This document shows positions 28,976 to 37,706 of a stretch of DNA of 64,000 bases, in pieces (positions within the stretch are counted from its first letter, which is position 1; every line of letters starts with the position of its first letter). The DNA comes from an uncultured Subdoligranulum sp. Its GTDB lineage: Bacteria; Bacillota; Clostridia; Christensenellales; CAG-314. Both the position numbers and the translations under genes were made by a program. The notes under the pieces were generated by a model. The model had not been told where the DNA came from and did no database searches. It saw nothing but the letters and a program-made list of their open reading frames with translations. Where the stretch lies: positions 6,878-70,877 of the forward strand of contig CABUZX010000004.1 of assembly GCA_902496185.1 (NCBI GenBank). Reading direction: 5' to 3'.

Positions 28976-30562
28976 TTATTGCTCATTTGCGATTGTCGTA
29001 GCCGTATTTTCCGCATCAAACGAAATGGTTTTTGGCGTCAGTTTGTTTTGTTTTTTAAGCGCAAGGTAAGCCACCAGCACGACTACAACAAAAGACACGC
29101 CCGCAAAAATCCAGCCCACCCAAACGGATTGAGTAATTCCGCCAAACAAAAAGCCCAAAAACGCCATACCTGCAACGAGCAAGGCTATGGGCAATTGCGC
29201 TTTTATGTAATGCAAGTGGTTGCATCTTGAAGCCGCCGAAGACAAAATAGTAACGTCGGAAATAGGCGACACCTGATCACCAAACACCGCGCCGGAAAGT
29301 ACTGCCGAAATAGTGAGCAACTGCAACGCCGAGCCTACTTCTTCTGCCGAAAACATTGGTATGACCATTGGCACTATTATACCAAAAGTACCCCAACTCG
29401 TACCTATTGCAAAAGCCACAATCATAGAAATAACCATCATCAAGGCAGGCAACAACACCCTTGCGTTGCCCATCGCGTTGGCAATTTTTACAATAAAATC
29501 GTCCACTTTTAGTTCTGAACAAATGTCGGACAACGTCCACGCAAGCACCAATATCATCAAAGCGTCGCAAATAGACTTAAATCCGTCGCCAAAACTGGAA
29601 GTAAACTCTTTAAAATTAAGAATTTTTCTCGGCAAATACCAAACGAGCGTAAACGCCACCGCCAAAGTCGAGCCACACGCAAGCGAAATCTCGCTATTCA
29701 AATTGCCGTCGCGAGTGATGGCAAAATAAATCATAAACCCGATAGAAAACAAAATCATTGCCAAAATAGGCAAAACCAAATCTAACGCCGTACCCTTGGG
29801 GTTGGGAGTAAAGGCTTGGTCGTGGGCGTAAGTAGCGGGCAATCCGTTTGTGACGTCGCCCGTCTCGATTGCTTGTTTTTCCGCCCTGCGCATTGCCCAA
29901 AAGTCAACGCCCAAAAAGGACGTGACAAATATAAATAATATGGTAATTATCGGGTAAAAGTTGCAAACTATTGACTTGATAAACAAACCAAATCCGTCAC
30001 CGCCTTCGCCAAGTCCGTCCTGAATTGTAGAAGTAACGAAACTCGACCAACTGCTTATCGGACAAAGTATACATACCGAAACACACAACGCGCCTATTAT
30101 ATAGGCAAGCTTTGCCCTACTGATTTTGTATTGGTCGGTAATAGGACGCATTACCGCGCCGGTTGCAAGACGATTGAAATAATCGTCCATAAACATCATT
30201 ACACCAAATCCTGCGGTCAAGCCCAAAATGCCTCTACGGGATTTTACCCTAGCAGAAAACCATCTGCCTATTGCGTGAGTACCGCCGGATTTTTCTATCA
30301 GCACGATAAGTATCCCCAACATCAAAATAAAAATCAAAATTGCGCCGTGAGCATAATTGTAGCCACCTTCGTCCCCACTGCCGGACAACGTGTTTGCCAT
30401 TATCTTAAACAACCTTTCCATGCCCAACAAAAAATTACCGTCAGCCAACATCATTGCGCCGGTAAATATTCCTACAAATAACGAAACGTAAACTTCTTTC
30501 GTAATTATCGCCAACGCAATGGTAATAAGCGCCGGCACAACAGCCCAAAAGGTGCCTTCCAC
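28976..30562 (-). CDS. NhaC-family Na+/H+ (or organic anion) antiporter
   Basis: A 528-aa polytopic membrane protein with NhaC-like architecture. GTG start behind a TAGGAGGA RBS. Confidence 0.75.
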   Translation of the reverse strand: MEGTFWAVVPALITIALAIITKEVYVSLFVGIFTGAMMLADGNFLLGMERLFKIMANTLSGSGDEGGYNYAHGAILIFILMLGILIVLIEKSGGTHAIGRWFSARVKSRRGILGLTAGFGVMMFMDDYFNRLATGAVMRPITDQYKISRAKLAYIIGALCVSVCILCPISSWSSFVTSTIQDGLGEGGDGFGLFIKSIVCNFYPIITILFIFVTSFLGVDFWAMRRAEKQAIETGDVTNGLPATYAHDQAFTPNPKGTALDLVLPILAMILFSIGFMIYFAITRDGNLNSEISLACGSTLAVAFTLVWYLPRKILNFKEFTSSFGDGFKSICDALMILVLAWTLSDICSELKVDDFIVKIANAMGNARVLLPALMMVISMIVAFAIGTSWGTFGIIVPMVIPMFSAEEVGSALQLLTISAVLSGAVFGDQVSPISDVTILSSAASRCNHLHYIKAQLPIALLVAGMAFLGFLFGGITQSVWVGWIFAGVSFVVVVLVAYLALKKQNKLTPKTISFDAENTATTIANEQ

Positions 30563-30611
30563 TAAAATATCCTCCTAAGTATTGTTTTTGCTCAAAAATG
30601 CACTAAAATTT

Positions 30612-30640
30612 ATTTTAACATACAAAAAAACAATTGTCAA
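30612..30640 (-). promoter_or_regulatory. Sigma-A type promoter of the antiporter gene
   Basis: Minus strand has TTGACA (30640-30635), a 17-nt spacer and TAAAAT (30617-30612). Confidence 0.45.
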
Positions 30641-30714
30641 GCACAGACTTGATGGGTAATAACTTGACGTAAAAAAATAATTTTGCCGTTTTTTAAAAAA
30701 AATCAAAATTTTGC

Positions 30715-30743
30715 TTGACAAGTTTTGTTCAAAATGATAACAT
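30715..30743 (+). promoter_or_regulatory. Promoter of the tRNA operon
   Basis: TTGACA (30715-30720), a 17-nt spacer ending in TGA, then TAACAT (30738-30743), giving an extended -10. Confidence 0.4.
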
Positions 30744-30785
30744 AGGTAAGCATTAAATTCGTTGCAACAAATTGTTTTTACTTAT

Positions 30786-30861
<76 letters not shown>

Positions 30862-30866
30862 TTTTT

Positions 30867-30943
30867 GGCGGCGTAGCTTAGTTGGTTATAGCGGCCGGTT
30901 CATACCCGGCAGGTCGTTGGTTCGAATCCGACCGCCGCTACCA
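30867..30943 (+). tRNA. Elongator tRNA-Met (anticodon CAT)
   Basis: A cloverleaf folds by eye (GGCGGCG/CGCCGCT acceptor, CCGGTTCATACCCGG anticodon arm, GTTGG/CCGAC T-stem) with an encoded CCA. A tRNA-Ile2 (lysidine) identity cannot be excluded from sequence alone. Confidence 0.8.
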
Positions 30944-30999
30944 AAAATACGACGCTTAATGCAAAAGTATTTATCACATTTCGCCTTTTGGCGAAACGT

Positions 31000-31074
31000 G
31001 GCCCCATGGTCTAAGGGTTAGGACACCACCCTTTCACGGTGGCAATAGGGGTTCGAATCCCCTTGGGGTCACCA
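31000..31074 (+). tRNA. tRNA-Glu (anticodon TTC)
   Basis: GGCCCCATGGTCTAAGGGTTAGGACACCACCCTTTCACGGTGG...AGGGGTTCGAATCCCCTTGGGGTCACCA; a regular cloverleaf. Confidence 0.9.
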
Positions 31075-31080
31075 AACAAA

Positions 31081-31127
31081 ACAAAGACAAACCCGTTTCC
31101 TTTAGGAGACGGGTTCGTCTTTGTTTT
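31081..31127 (+). terminator. Terminator of the tRNA operon
   Basis: AAAGACAAACCCGT-loop-ACGGGTTCGTCTTT followed by GTTTTT. Confidence 0.65.
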
Positions 31128-31320
31128 TAAGTTAAAAAAGTAAGCGAAACCAATCAAAATAGGCACTTTCATAGTTTGAGAGTGTCTATTTTTTGTTTAT
31201 ATGCTTAAACGTTACTGCGAATTTGAAATATTTAACAAATTCTAAAATTGTCATTTATGGCGATAAGCAATATATAAATTTTATAACAAAAAATTTATTA
31301 TAAGCTTGTTTCCTTTTCAT

Positions 31321-32145
31321 TTACATTGTTTTTTTATAGGTGTCTATATTTTGGTCCGTGTTATAAGTTTTGTCTCCCATCTTTACGCCAACCAATCCTT
31401 GCACTACGTGGTAAGCCTCTGCGTGCAGTTTATCTATTGCTTCTGCTTGGGACAAAGCCTTATCGACGTACAGCGGTTCTCCCACGTGCAAATCCACGCA
31501 AGGCGCTTTGCCAAACAGCTTAAAAATCCCTTTTCGCTCCCTAAAGGATAACCCTATAGGGATAACGGGCTTGTCGTGTCTTACGGCGTACTTAAATATT
31601 GCCTTTTTAAAAGGGCGCACGTCCGGATAATAAAACCACATACTGCCCTCAGGAAAGAAGTGTAGCCATTTTTTAGCCTCAAGCACCTGCCCTATTGATT
31701 TTTGAAACTTTGCCATGGCTCTTATATTGTCGGTCGGCACGGGAATACCCCCTACCCAACGTATCAACGGACCGTTTGGACCTTCAAAATTGGTTTTCCA
31801 CCCCGGGTGATATTGCAAATGCGGGCGTATTGCTTTAAGCACGCACAAATAATCCCACATAAACACGTGGTTCGCAATAGTAATTGCGCCCTCCTTAAAC
31901 TCTTTTTTGTGCTTTTTTAAATTTTTTCTCCCGTAAATTTTCAAACCGTGACGCAACGAACACACGGGAAAAGCAACCAAGTTGAGCGCCAACCACAGTA
32001 CGCCACGACTAACCTTGTGCCAAAACCCCTTGGGCAAATACTCGTAATTTTCGTCAAAATGAGTGTCTCTTAAGTGCTTGACGGTAATCATATGCTCGTC
32101 ACTGCGCTCGGGATACGTCAAATCCAGATTGTGCCTATAATACAT
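31321..32145 (-). CDS. 1-acyl-sn-glycerol-3-phosphate acyltransferase family protein
   Basis: H(x)4D box ANHVFMWD and FFPEGSM box. Confidence 0.8.
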   Translation of the reverse strand: MYYRHNLDLTYPERSDEHMITVKHLRDTHFDENYEYLPKGFWHKVSRGVLWLALNLVAFPVCSLRHGLKIYGRKNLKKHKKEFKEGAITIANHVFMWDYLCVLKAIRPHLQYHPGWKTNFEGPNGPLIRWVGGIPVPTDNIRAMAKFQKSIGQVLEAKKWLHFFPEGSMWFYYPDVRPFKKAIFKYAVRHDKPVIPIGLSFRERKGIFKLFGKAPCVDLHVGEPLYVDKALSQAEAIDKLHAEAYHVVQGLVGVKMGDKTYNTDQNIDTYKKTM

Positions 32146-32283
32146 AAAAACTTTTTCCTTGCCGTGTAATTAAAATAATTATACTTAATTTTTTCTTTTT
32201 TTACAAGCGCTTTAATTCAAAAAAAGAACACTTTCCGCTTTTAATTCAAAAAACGTATGCCAACAAAAAATATCTTTTGCGGG

Positions 32284-32312
32284 TTGATTTTTTTAGCGTC
32301 GATTGTTATAAT
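32284..32312 (+). promoter_or_regulatory. Sigma-A type promoter of DUF1294/ABC-F genes
   Basis: TTGATT (32284-32289), a 17-nt spacer ending in TGT, then TATAAT (32307-32312). Confidence 0.5.
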
Positions 32313-32331
32313 GTTTTGTAGGAGAAATTTT

Positions 32332-32637
32332 ATGACGAAAGAACAACTGATATTAATTTACGGAATATATCTTATCGCGCTATCGCTGTTTACCTTTGCA
32401 ATTTACGCAATAGACAAAAACAAAGCAAAACGCAACGCAAGGCGCGTTTCGGAAAAATTTTTGCTTACGGCGTCGTTGCTTGGCGGGGCGGTTGGCGGAT
32501 TTTTGGCAATGCAACTTTTTAGACACAAAACCAAGGGAGAACATTGGTATTTTACTGCGCTTAACCTTTTGGGCATAATAATACATCTTGCTTTGATGAT
32601 ATATCTCGTCTTTTTTGCTCCCTTTACAACCATTTAG
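32332..32637 (+). CDS. DUF1294 membrane protein
   Basis: YAIDKNKAKRNARRVSEKFLL...GGAVGGFLAMQLFRHKTK is the DUF1294 signature. Start is at ATG 32332 behind an AGGAGA RBS. Confidence 0.8.
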   Translation: MTKEQLILIYGIYLIALSLFTFAIYAIDKNKAKRNARRVSEKFLLTASLLGGAVGGFLAMQLFRHKTKGEHWYFTALNLLGIIIHLALMIYLVFFAPFTTI

Positions 32638-32661
32638 TCACCCTACAACCAAGGAGAACAA

Positions 32662-34584
32662 ATGCTATTTAAAATCACCAACGGCGGAGTGTCCTTTGGC
32701 GCGGACACAGTGTTAGAAAATATTAATTTTGAAATCCGCGAACGCGACAAAATTGCCATAGTCGGCAGAAACGGTTGCGGAAAAACCACTCTTTTAAAGT
32801 GCATCACCGGAGAAATTTTGCCAGAAGAAGGCACGGGCGAAGAGCCTTTTGTTGTGTCCGCTCAAAATGGACTAATTGTCGGCCACCTTAAACAAATAGC
32901 TTTTGAAGATGACTCCGCCACGTTAGAGCAAGAAGTTTTAAAGGTTTTTAAACGGCTTTTGGATACGGAAGACAAAATGCAAAAGCTTTTGGCGGAAATC
33001 GACCTTTGCCCTGATGAAAACAAAATTAAAACTTTTTCCGCCCTGCAAGAAAAATTTGAATTTTTAGGCGGATATACCTACAAAAAAGAATACACCGCCC
33101 TTATAAACAAATTTGGTTTTTCCAACGACCTAAATAAAAGACTCAACGAGTTTTCTGGCGGGCAACGCACAAAAATCGCCTTGATAAAATTGCTTTTGTC
33201 TCACCCCGACGTTTTGGTTTTGGACGAACCCACCAACCACTTGGACGTTTCTGCAGTCAGATGGTTAGAAAATTATATCAAAAACTACAAATCCGCAGTG
33301 GTCGTGGTTTCGCACGACAGAATGTTTGTGGAGCGCATTGCAAACAAGGTTTATGAAATAGAATACGGCGAAACACGCTGTTACAACGGCAATTACTCCT
33401 CGTTTGAACAGCAAAAACGCGCAAACTACCAAAAACAACTCAAGGACCACGAATATCAGCAGGCGGAAATAAAGCGCCTAATGCGCCTTGTAGAAAGGTT
33501 TCGATACAAAGCCACCAAAGCCTCTATGGTTCAATCAAAACTAAAACAGATTGAACACATGAAAAAAATCGACAAACCCAACCGCTACGACCTAAAAACC
33601 TTTCACGCCAACTTTCAGCCCCGTATAGAAAGCGTCAAAAACGCTCTGTTTGTAAAAAACCTTGCAATCGGCTACGACAACCTTCTTGCTACCGTCGATT
33701 TAGAACTTTTTAAAGGTCAAAAACTCGGCGTAGTAGGCGACAACGGCGTGGGCAAATCTACCTTTTTAAAAACCCTCGTAGGCGAAACACCCCCACTATC
33801 GGGTAGTTTTGAATTTGGACTTAAGACGGAAATCGGATACTTCAACCAACAAATGGCGCAGTACTCTAGCCCCAAAACCGTATTCGACGATTTTTATGAC
33901 GAATTTCCCCTACTCAACGAGACGGAAGTACGTACAGCTTTGGGTTCTTTCCTTTTTTCCGGCGAAGACGTGTTTAAAAACGTAAACGACCTATCGGGTG
34001 GCGAAAGAGTGCGTCTTGCGCTATGCAAAATACTCAAACGCCGTCCAAACTTTTTGATTTTGGACGAACCTACCAACCACATGGATATCGTCGGTAAGGA
34101 AACGTTAGAAAATATGCTTAAGGAATATCAAGGCACGGTAATAGTCGTGTCTCACGACAGATATTTTGTCAACAAGGTCGCTGACAGACTGCTGGTATTT
34201 GAAAAAAACGAGGCAAAATTTTACCCTTGCGCCTACGAGCAATACGAGCTTGCCGAAAAGGAAAAACAAGAGGCTCTCGCTCTTTCTTCCGCCGACGCCA
34301 AAACCCCTACCGCATTGCAAAAAGGCAAAAAGAAAAACTTTTCTACCCCGCTTAAGGACAAACAAAAACTGCAACGTAGACAAGCCAAGATAGAAGAACT
34401 TATTGCAAAAACGGAAGAACAAATTACTTTGCTAAACGACCAATTACAAAGCCAAGAAGTCTACTCTGACTACAAAAAAGTGCAGGAAATTCAAGATAAA
34501 CTCCAACAACTTTCCACCGAGCAGGAAACACTCTCCGACGAGTGGCTAACCGTTACCACCGAACTTGAAAAGTTGGAAATTTAA
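32662..34584 (+). CDS. ABC-F family ATPase (translation factor type)
   Basis: Two ABC cassettes (GRNGCGKTT / LSGGQR and GDNGVGKST / LSGGER), an inter-domain linker and a C-terminal coiled-coil, with no TM domain. Confidence 0.9.
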   Translation: MLFKITNGGVSFGADTVLENINFEIRERDKIAIVGRNGCGKTTLLKCITGEILPEEGTGEEPFVVSAQNGLIVGHLKQIAFEDDSATLEQEVLKVFKRLLDTEDKMQKLLAEIDLCPDENKIKTFSALQEKFEFLGGYTYKKEYTALINKFGFSNDLNKRLNEFSGGQRTKIALIKLLLSHPDVLVLDEPTNHLDVSAVRWLENYIKNYKSAVVVVSHDRMFVERIANKVYEIEYGETRCYNGNYSSFEQQKRANYQKQLKDHEYQQAEIKRLMRLVERFRYKATKASMVQSKLKQIEHMKKIDKPNRYDLKTFHANFQPRIESVKNALFVKNLAIGYDNLLATVDLELFKGQKLGVVGDNGVGKSTFLKTLVGETPPLSGSFEFGLKTEIGYFNQQMAQYSSPKTVFDDFYDEFPLLNETEVRTALGSFLFSGEDVFKNVNDLSGGERVRLALCKILKRRPNFLILDEPTNHMDIVGKETLENMLKEYQGTVIVVSHDRYFVNKVADRLLVFEKNEAKFYPCAYEQYELAEKEKQEALALSSADAKTPTALQKGKKKNFSTPLKDKQKLQRRQAKIEELIAKTEEQITLLNDQLQSQEVYSDYKKVQEIQDKLQQLSTEQETLSDEWLTVTTELEKLEI

Positions 34585-34633
34585 CCAACCACAAAATAAA
34601 TATCAAAAAATTAACTAATTTTTTCAACAAACC

Positions 34634-34661
34634 AAAAAAGCACCTAAGGGTGCTTTTTTCT
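34634..34661 (+). terminator. Rho-independent terminator after the ABC-F gene
   Basis: AAAAAAGCACC-TAA-GGGTGCTTTTTT. Confidence 0.7.
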
Positions 34662-34663
34662 AT

Positions 34664-34777
34664 CGTCATACTGAGCGCAAGCGAAGTATCTCAAGATTTT
34701 TCGATTGCCCGTCAAGTAGGAAACTCTCAAAATGACAATTCTCTACCGTCATACTGAGCGCAAGCGAAGTATCTCAA
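34664..34777 (+). repeat. Composite intergenic repeat element with two perfect 31-nt direct repeats
   Basis: CGTCATACTGAGCGCAAGCGAAGTATCTCAA occurs at 34664-34694 and again at 34747-34777. The 52-nt spacer (GATTTTTCG...CTCAAAATGACAAT) is shared with the inverted element at 15893-15990. Confidence 0.8.
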
Positions 34778-34787
34778 CCACGTACCG

Positions 34788-35579
34788 TCACTTTAGCACG
34801 CGTTTAATTATCCACGTTTGCCAACGTTGAGGCAAGCAGTTAAGCAACAAAAGCAAGGGATTTCGGTTGATTTTGTAAACGTATTTAGGATTTTTTATTT
34901 CAAGAATTTTTGCCGTCTTTTTTGCTATTTTTGTCGGCGGAACGTTTTTGGACTCTACCCTATCCACTATTTTTTTAAACCGTTTGGCGTTGCAAGTATA
35001 TATTTTGGTATTATCGCAAAAATTATCCAAGGCGCGTACAGACGCCACGAGCATTTCCGTTTTGACAGCCCCAAGACGCAAAACCACAACTTGCACGCCA
35101 AGCAACTGCAATTCCATACGCAAGGAATACGCGTATTTGTCCAACGTGCTTTTGGTAATGGCGTACAACCCCGTAAAGGGCAACGGCGCAAGAGGCGCAA
35201 GTTCGCTCGTAGTAATTATCACCTTGCTACCGTTTTTTAGCAAGGGAAAAAATATTTTGTTAACCCTATATGCGCCAAAAACGTTTACGTCAAAAGCGCG
35301 ACAAAAGTCTATTTCGGAAATTTCCACCAAGGAATCCAAACAGTATTTACCCGCAAAGTGCAATACTGCAAATAATTCGTCCGTAATGGCTTTTACCTTG
35401 TTGAAAGCGTCAATTAGACTGTCTTCGTCCGTCACGTCCGCCGTCAATGGAAAATAATTGTTTTTTGGTTCGGAATAAAATTTATCTATTCCAAAAACGA
35501 AATAACCCTGCGACAGCAATTTTTCTACCACGGCTTTGCCCATACCGCCATAAGAACCTGTTACTAAAACGTATTTCAT
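34788..35579 (-). CDS. Short-chain dehydrogenase/reductase (SDR)
   Basis: TGSYGGMGKA cofactor motif and the YAITKSTL (YxxxK) catalytic motif. I chose the start at ATG 35579 (MKYVLV). Confidence 0.85.
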   Translation of the reverse strand: MKYVLVTGSYGGMGKAVVEKLLSQGYFVFGIDKFYSEPKNNYFPLTADVTDEDSLIDAFNKVKAITDELFAVLHFAGKYCLDSLVEISEIDFCRAFDVNVFGAYRVNKIFFPLLKNGSKVIITTSELAPLAPLPFTGLYAITKSTLDKYAYSLRMELQLLGVQVVVLRLGAVKTEMLVASVRALDNFCDNTKIYTCNAKRFKKIVDRVESKNVPPTKIAKKTAKILEIKNPKYVYKINRNPLLLLLNCLPQRWQTWIIKRVLK

Positions 35580-35770
35580 AGCTACTCCTTGTCTTATTAT
35601 ACCAAAACAAGGCGATTTTAGCAATAAAATTAGCTTTTTAAAACAAAAAGCCAGTTTACAAAAAGACCTAAAAAAATTTTTTTATTTTTTTTAAAAAATT
35701 TGCCCATATTTGTTTGCATTTTTTTAATTTTGTGCTATACTATCTTAGCGTTTAGCAAAACTATCTACTT

Positions 35771-35846
35771 GGGAGTATAGCTCAGCTGGGAGAGCACCTG
35801 CCTTACAAGCAGGGGGTCACAGGTTCGAGCCCTGTTGTTCCCACCA
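35771..35846 (+). tRNA. tRNA-Val (anticodon TAC)
   Basis: GGGAGTATAGCTCAGCTGGGAGAGCACCTGCCTTACAAGCAGGGGGTCACAGGTTCGAGCCCTGTTGTTCCCACCA; the cloverleaf folds by eye. Confidence 0.9.
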
Positions 35847-35849
35847 ACA

Positions 35850-35886
35850 AAAACAGAACTTTTGTCTACCAAAAGTTCTGTTTTTG
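35850..35886 (+). terminator. Terminator after tRNA-Val
   Basis: AAAACAGAACTTTTG-loop-CAAAAGTTCTGTTTTTG. Confidence 0.65.
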
Positions 35887-36025
35887 TTTATCCAAACCGT
35901 AGGCTTGGTATATCATCACGCGATAGCAGAATTATCCCTATAATTTAATGAGATACCCTACCGACAAAGGGGCGTTTTTTTGATTGATTTTTTAGTCAAA
36001 AGCATCAAACTCTACGGATAGTAGG

Positions 36026-36053
36026 TTGATTTTGCAAAAATCTTTGCTATAAT
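36026..36053 (+). promoter_or_regulatory. Sigma-A type promoter of the XRE membrane regulator
   Basis: TTGATT (36026-36031), a 16-nt spacer and TATAAT (36048-36053). Confidence 0.5.
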
Positions 36054-36074
36054 AATATTGACAGGAGCTCCAAA

Positions 36075-36680
36075 ATGGATCAGGTAAAAATCGGAAAGTT
36101 TATTCAATCAATGCGTAAAGAACAAAAACTCACACAGCGCCAACTTGCAGACAAACTCGGTGTTTCGGACAAAGCCGTTTCAAAGTGGGAGACAGGCAAC
36201 GGTCTACCCGACGTAAGCCTTATGATGCCGTTGTGTCAAATTTTGAATATAAGCGCAAACGAATTGCTTTCCGCCCAAAAACTCGACCAAAATCAATATT
36301 ATCAAAAAGCGGAGGAAAACGTTATGGATCTTGTAAACGAAAAACAAAAAAATAAAAAACTCGTCCTTTTTTATACCCTACTTACTTTGTGCAATATAAT
36401 TGTTAGCTTAACATTGATATTTGTCGCTTCTTTTATAGAAATGGACGATTGGCAAAGAATTTTATTCATTTCTATAGCCTTTGTCTGTGTGATGGCAGGA
36501 GCAATTTCTGCTTGCGTTATTGACAACAGCGCAGGTTATTTTGAGTGCCGACATTGTGGCGAACGCTTTGTGCCAAGCGACAAAAGTCATATTTTTGCCA
36601 TTCACACCATTACGACGAGACGTCTCAAATGCCCCAAGTGTGGCAAAACAAGCTACTGCAAAAAACGTTTAAGCAAATAA
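36075..36680 (+). CDS. Membrane-anchored XRE-family HTH regulator with a C-terminal zinc ribbon
   Basis: HTH LTQRQLADKLGVSDKAVSKWETG, two hydrophobic segments, and CRHCGERF...CPKCGKTSYC. Confidence 0.8.
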   Translation: MDQVKIGKFIQSMRKEQKLTQRQLADKLGVSDKAVSKWETGNGLPDVSLMMPLCQILNISANELLSAQKLDQNQYYQKAEENVMDLVNEKQKNKKLVLFYTLLTLCNIIVSLTLIFVASFIEMDDWQRILFISIAFVCVMAGAISACVIDNSAGYFECRHCGERFVPSDKSHIFAIHTITTRRLKCPKCGKTSYCKKRLSK

Positions 36681-36886
36681 AACAACCGCAAGGAATTTTC
36701 TTTGCGGTTTTTAAACTGTTTTTTACGTTTGACCGCTTGCAACCATAAGCAAAAACTCGCCTTGTCACAAAATATCGCTAAAAAACGTAGTATATTGTGA
36801 TATAAGATTTTTGTAATGCCAACGCGTAAAGCGTTTTCCTTGTTAATGTTATTTATTACATAACGTCAATTAAGGAGGACGAATTT

Positions 36887-37663
36887 ATGTGTTTTAATTT
36901 TTTTAACGATTGTGAAAATAGAACAAATCACTGCTGTTCTTCCAATTGGAATTGCGGATGCAACAACTATCCTCGTTTTGTTGCCATACCGCAGTTTATA
37001 CCCGGGCCCGTCGGCCCAAGAGGATTTACGGGAGCTCAAGGCGTAGCAGGCCCACAAGGTCCTCAAGGCCCTATCGGTCCGGTTGGTCCTACAGGAGCAA
37101 CAGGCGCTACTGGTCCGATTGGTCCTGCTGGTCCTACAGGAGCAACAGGCGCAACTGGCGCTACTGGGCCACAAGGTCCTATCGGTCCGGTTGGTCCGCA
37201 AGGCCCTACAGGCGCAACGGGAGCTACGGGGGCAACCGGCGCTACAGGCCCACAAGGTCCGCAAGGTGAACCGGGCGTAAACGACTCTGTTTATGCAGAA
37301 AGCGGAGCGCAAACGGTAACAGCAGGCGCGCAAATACCAATAATTCTTTCGGCAAGCACACCCGACACCACCTTAACCGTTGCAGACAACGCGGTAATTG
37401 CTCCTATCGGCACGTATTTGGTAAGCTTTGGAGGAACTGCCCTTTCGCCCGACGGCACTCTAATGGGCGTTCAACTTTACGTCAACGGCGTTGCTCAGGC
37501 AAACCAAAATCTTTTTGACACGGCAAGCGCGACAGAATACGGAAACGTTTCCAAAACAATGGTTTTGACGGTGGCTTCGGCAAGCAGTATTAGTATATTT
37601 AACTCTGCTACGTCAACGTCAACCTATACCAACGCTTTTCTTACCGTCACTCGATTGGAATAA
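36887..37663 (+). CDS. Collagen-like triple-helix repeat protein, BclA-like (putative spore surface/exosporium protein)
   Basis: AAGGAGG RBS, a Cys-rich 39-aa N-terminus, 30 uninterrupted G-X-Y triplets (GPT/GAT/GPQ rich) and a roughly 125-aa beta-rich C-terminal domain. Confidence 0.8.
   Translation: MCFNFFNDCENRTNHCCSSNWNCGCNNYPRFVAIPQFIPGPVGPRGFTGAQGVAGPQGPQGPIGPVGPTGATGATGPIGPAGPTGATGATGATGPQGPIGPVGPQGPTGATGATGATGATGPQGPQGEPGVNDSVYAESGAQTVTAGAQIPIILSASTPDTTLTVADNAVIAPIGTYLVSFGGTALSPDGTLMGVQLYVNGVAQANQNLFDTASATEYGNVSKTMVLTVASASSISIFNSATSTSTYTNAFLTVTRLE
37004..37273 (+). repeat. Coding tandem repeat (30 x G-X-Y, 9-nt periodicity)
   Basis: Repeated GGnCCn/GCnACn units. This repeat creates spurious ORFs in other frames and on the opposite strand. 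Confidence 0.9.
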
Positions 37664-37679
37664 TTTTTGAAATCCGACA

Positions 37680-37706
37680 AAAAAAGCACCCTAAGGGTGC
37701 TTTTTA
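37680..37706. terminator. Bidirectional terminator (collagen-like gene / mpg)
   Basis: AAAAAAAGCACCC-TAA-GGGTGCTTTTT; it overlaps the mpg stop codon. Confidence 0.65.

Noticed and set aside
32662-34584. The ABC-F protein as an antibiotic-resistance (ARE) determinant.
   Set aside because: - There is no upstream attenuator or leader peptide, and the gene follows DUF1294 after 24 nt.
- The long C-terminal coiled-coil suggests a housekeeping Uup/YdiF-like factor.
- Sequence inspection alone cannot assign ARE status.
34664-34777. A possible mini-CRISPR array (31-nt perfect repeats with a 52-nt spacer).
   Set aside because: - There are only two repeats, the spacer is over-long, and no cas genes or leader are present.
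- The spacer sequence itself recurs with the repeat, inverted, at 15893-15990.
- That pattern fits a dispersed repeat element and not an array.
36866-37333. A Cys/Arg-rich 155-aa minus-strand ORF, and the alternative-frame ORFs 36946-37269 and 37083-37280, inside the collagen-like gene.
   Set aside because: These are artefacts of the 9-nt periodic GGn-CCn-ACn repeat, which stays open in several frames. Only the G-X-Y frame has an RBS, a proper N-terminus and a C-terminal globular domain.
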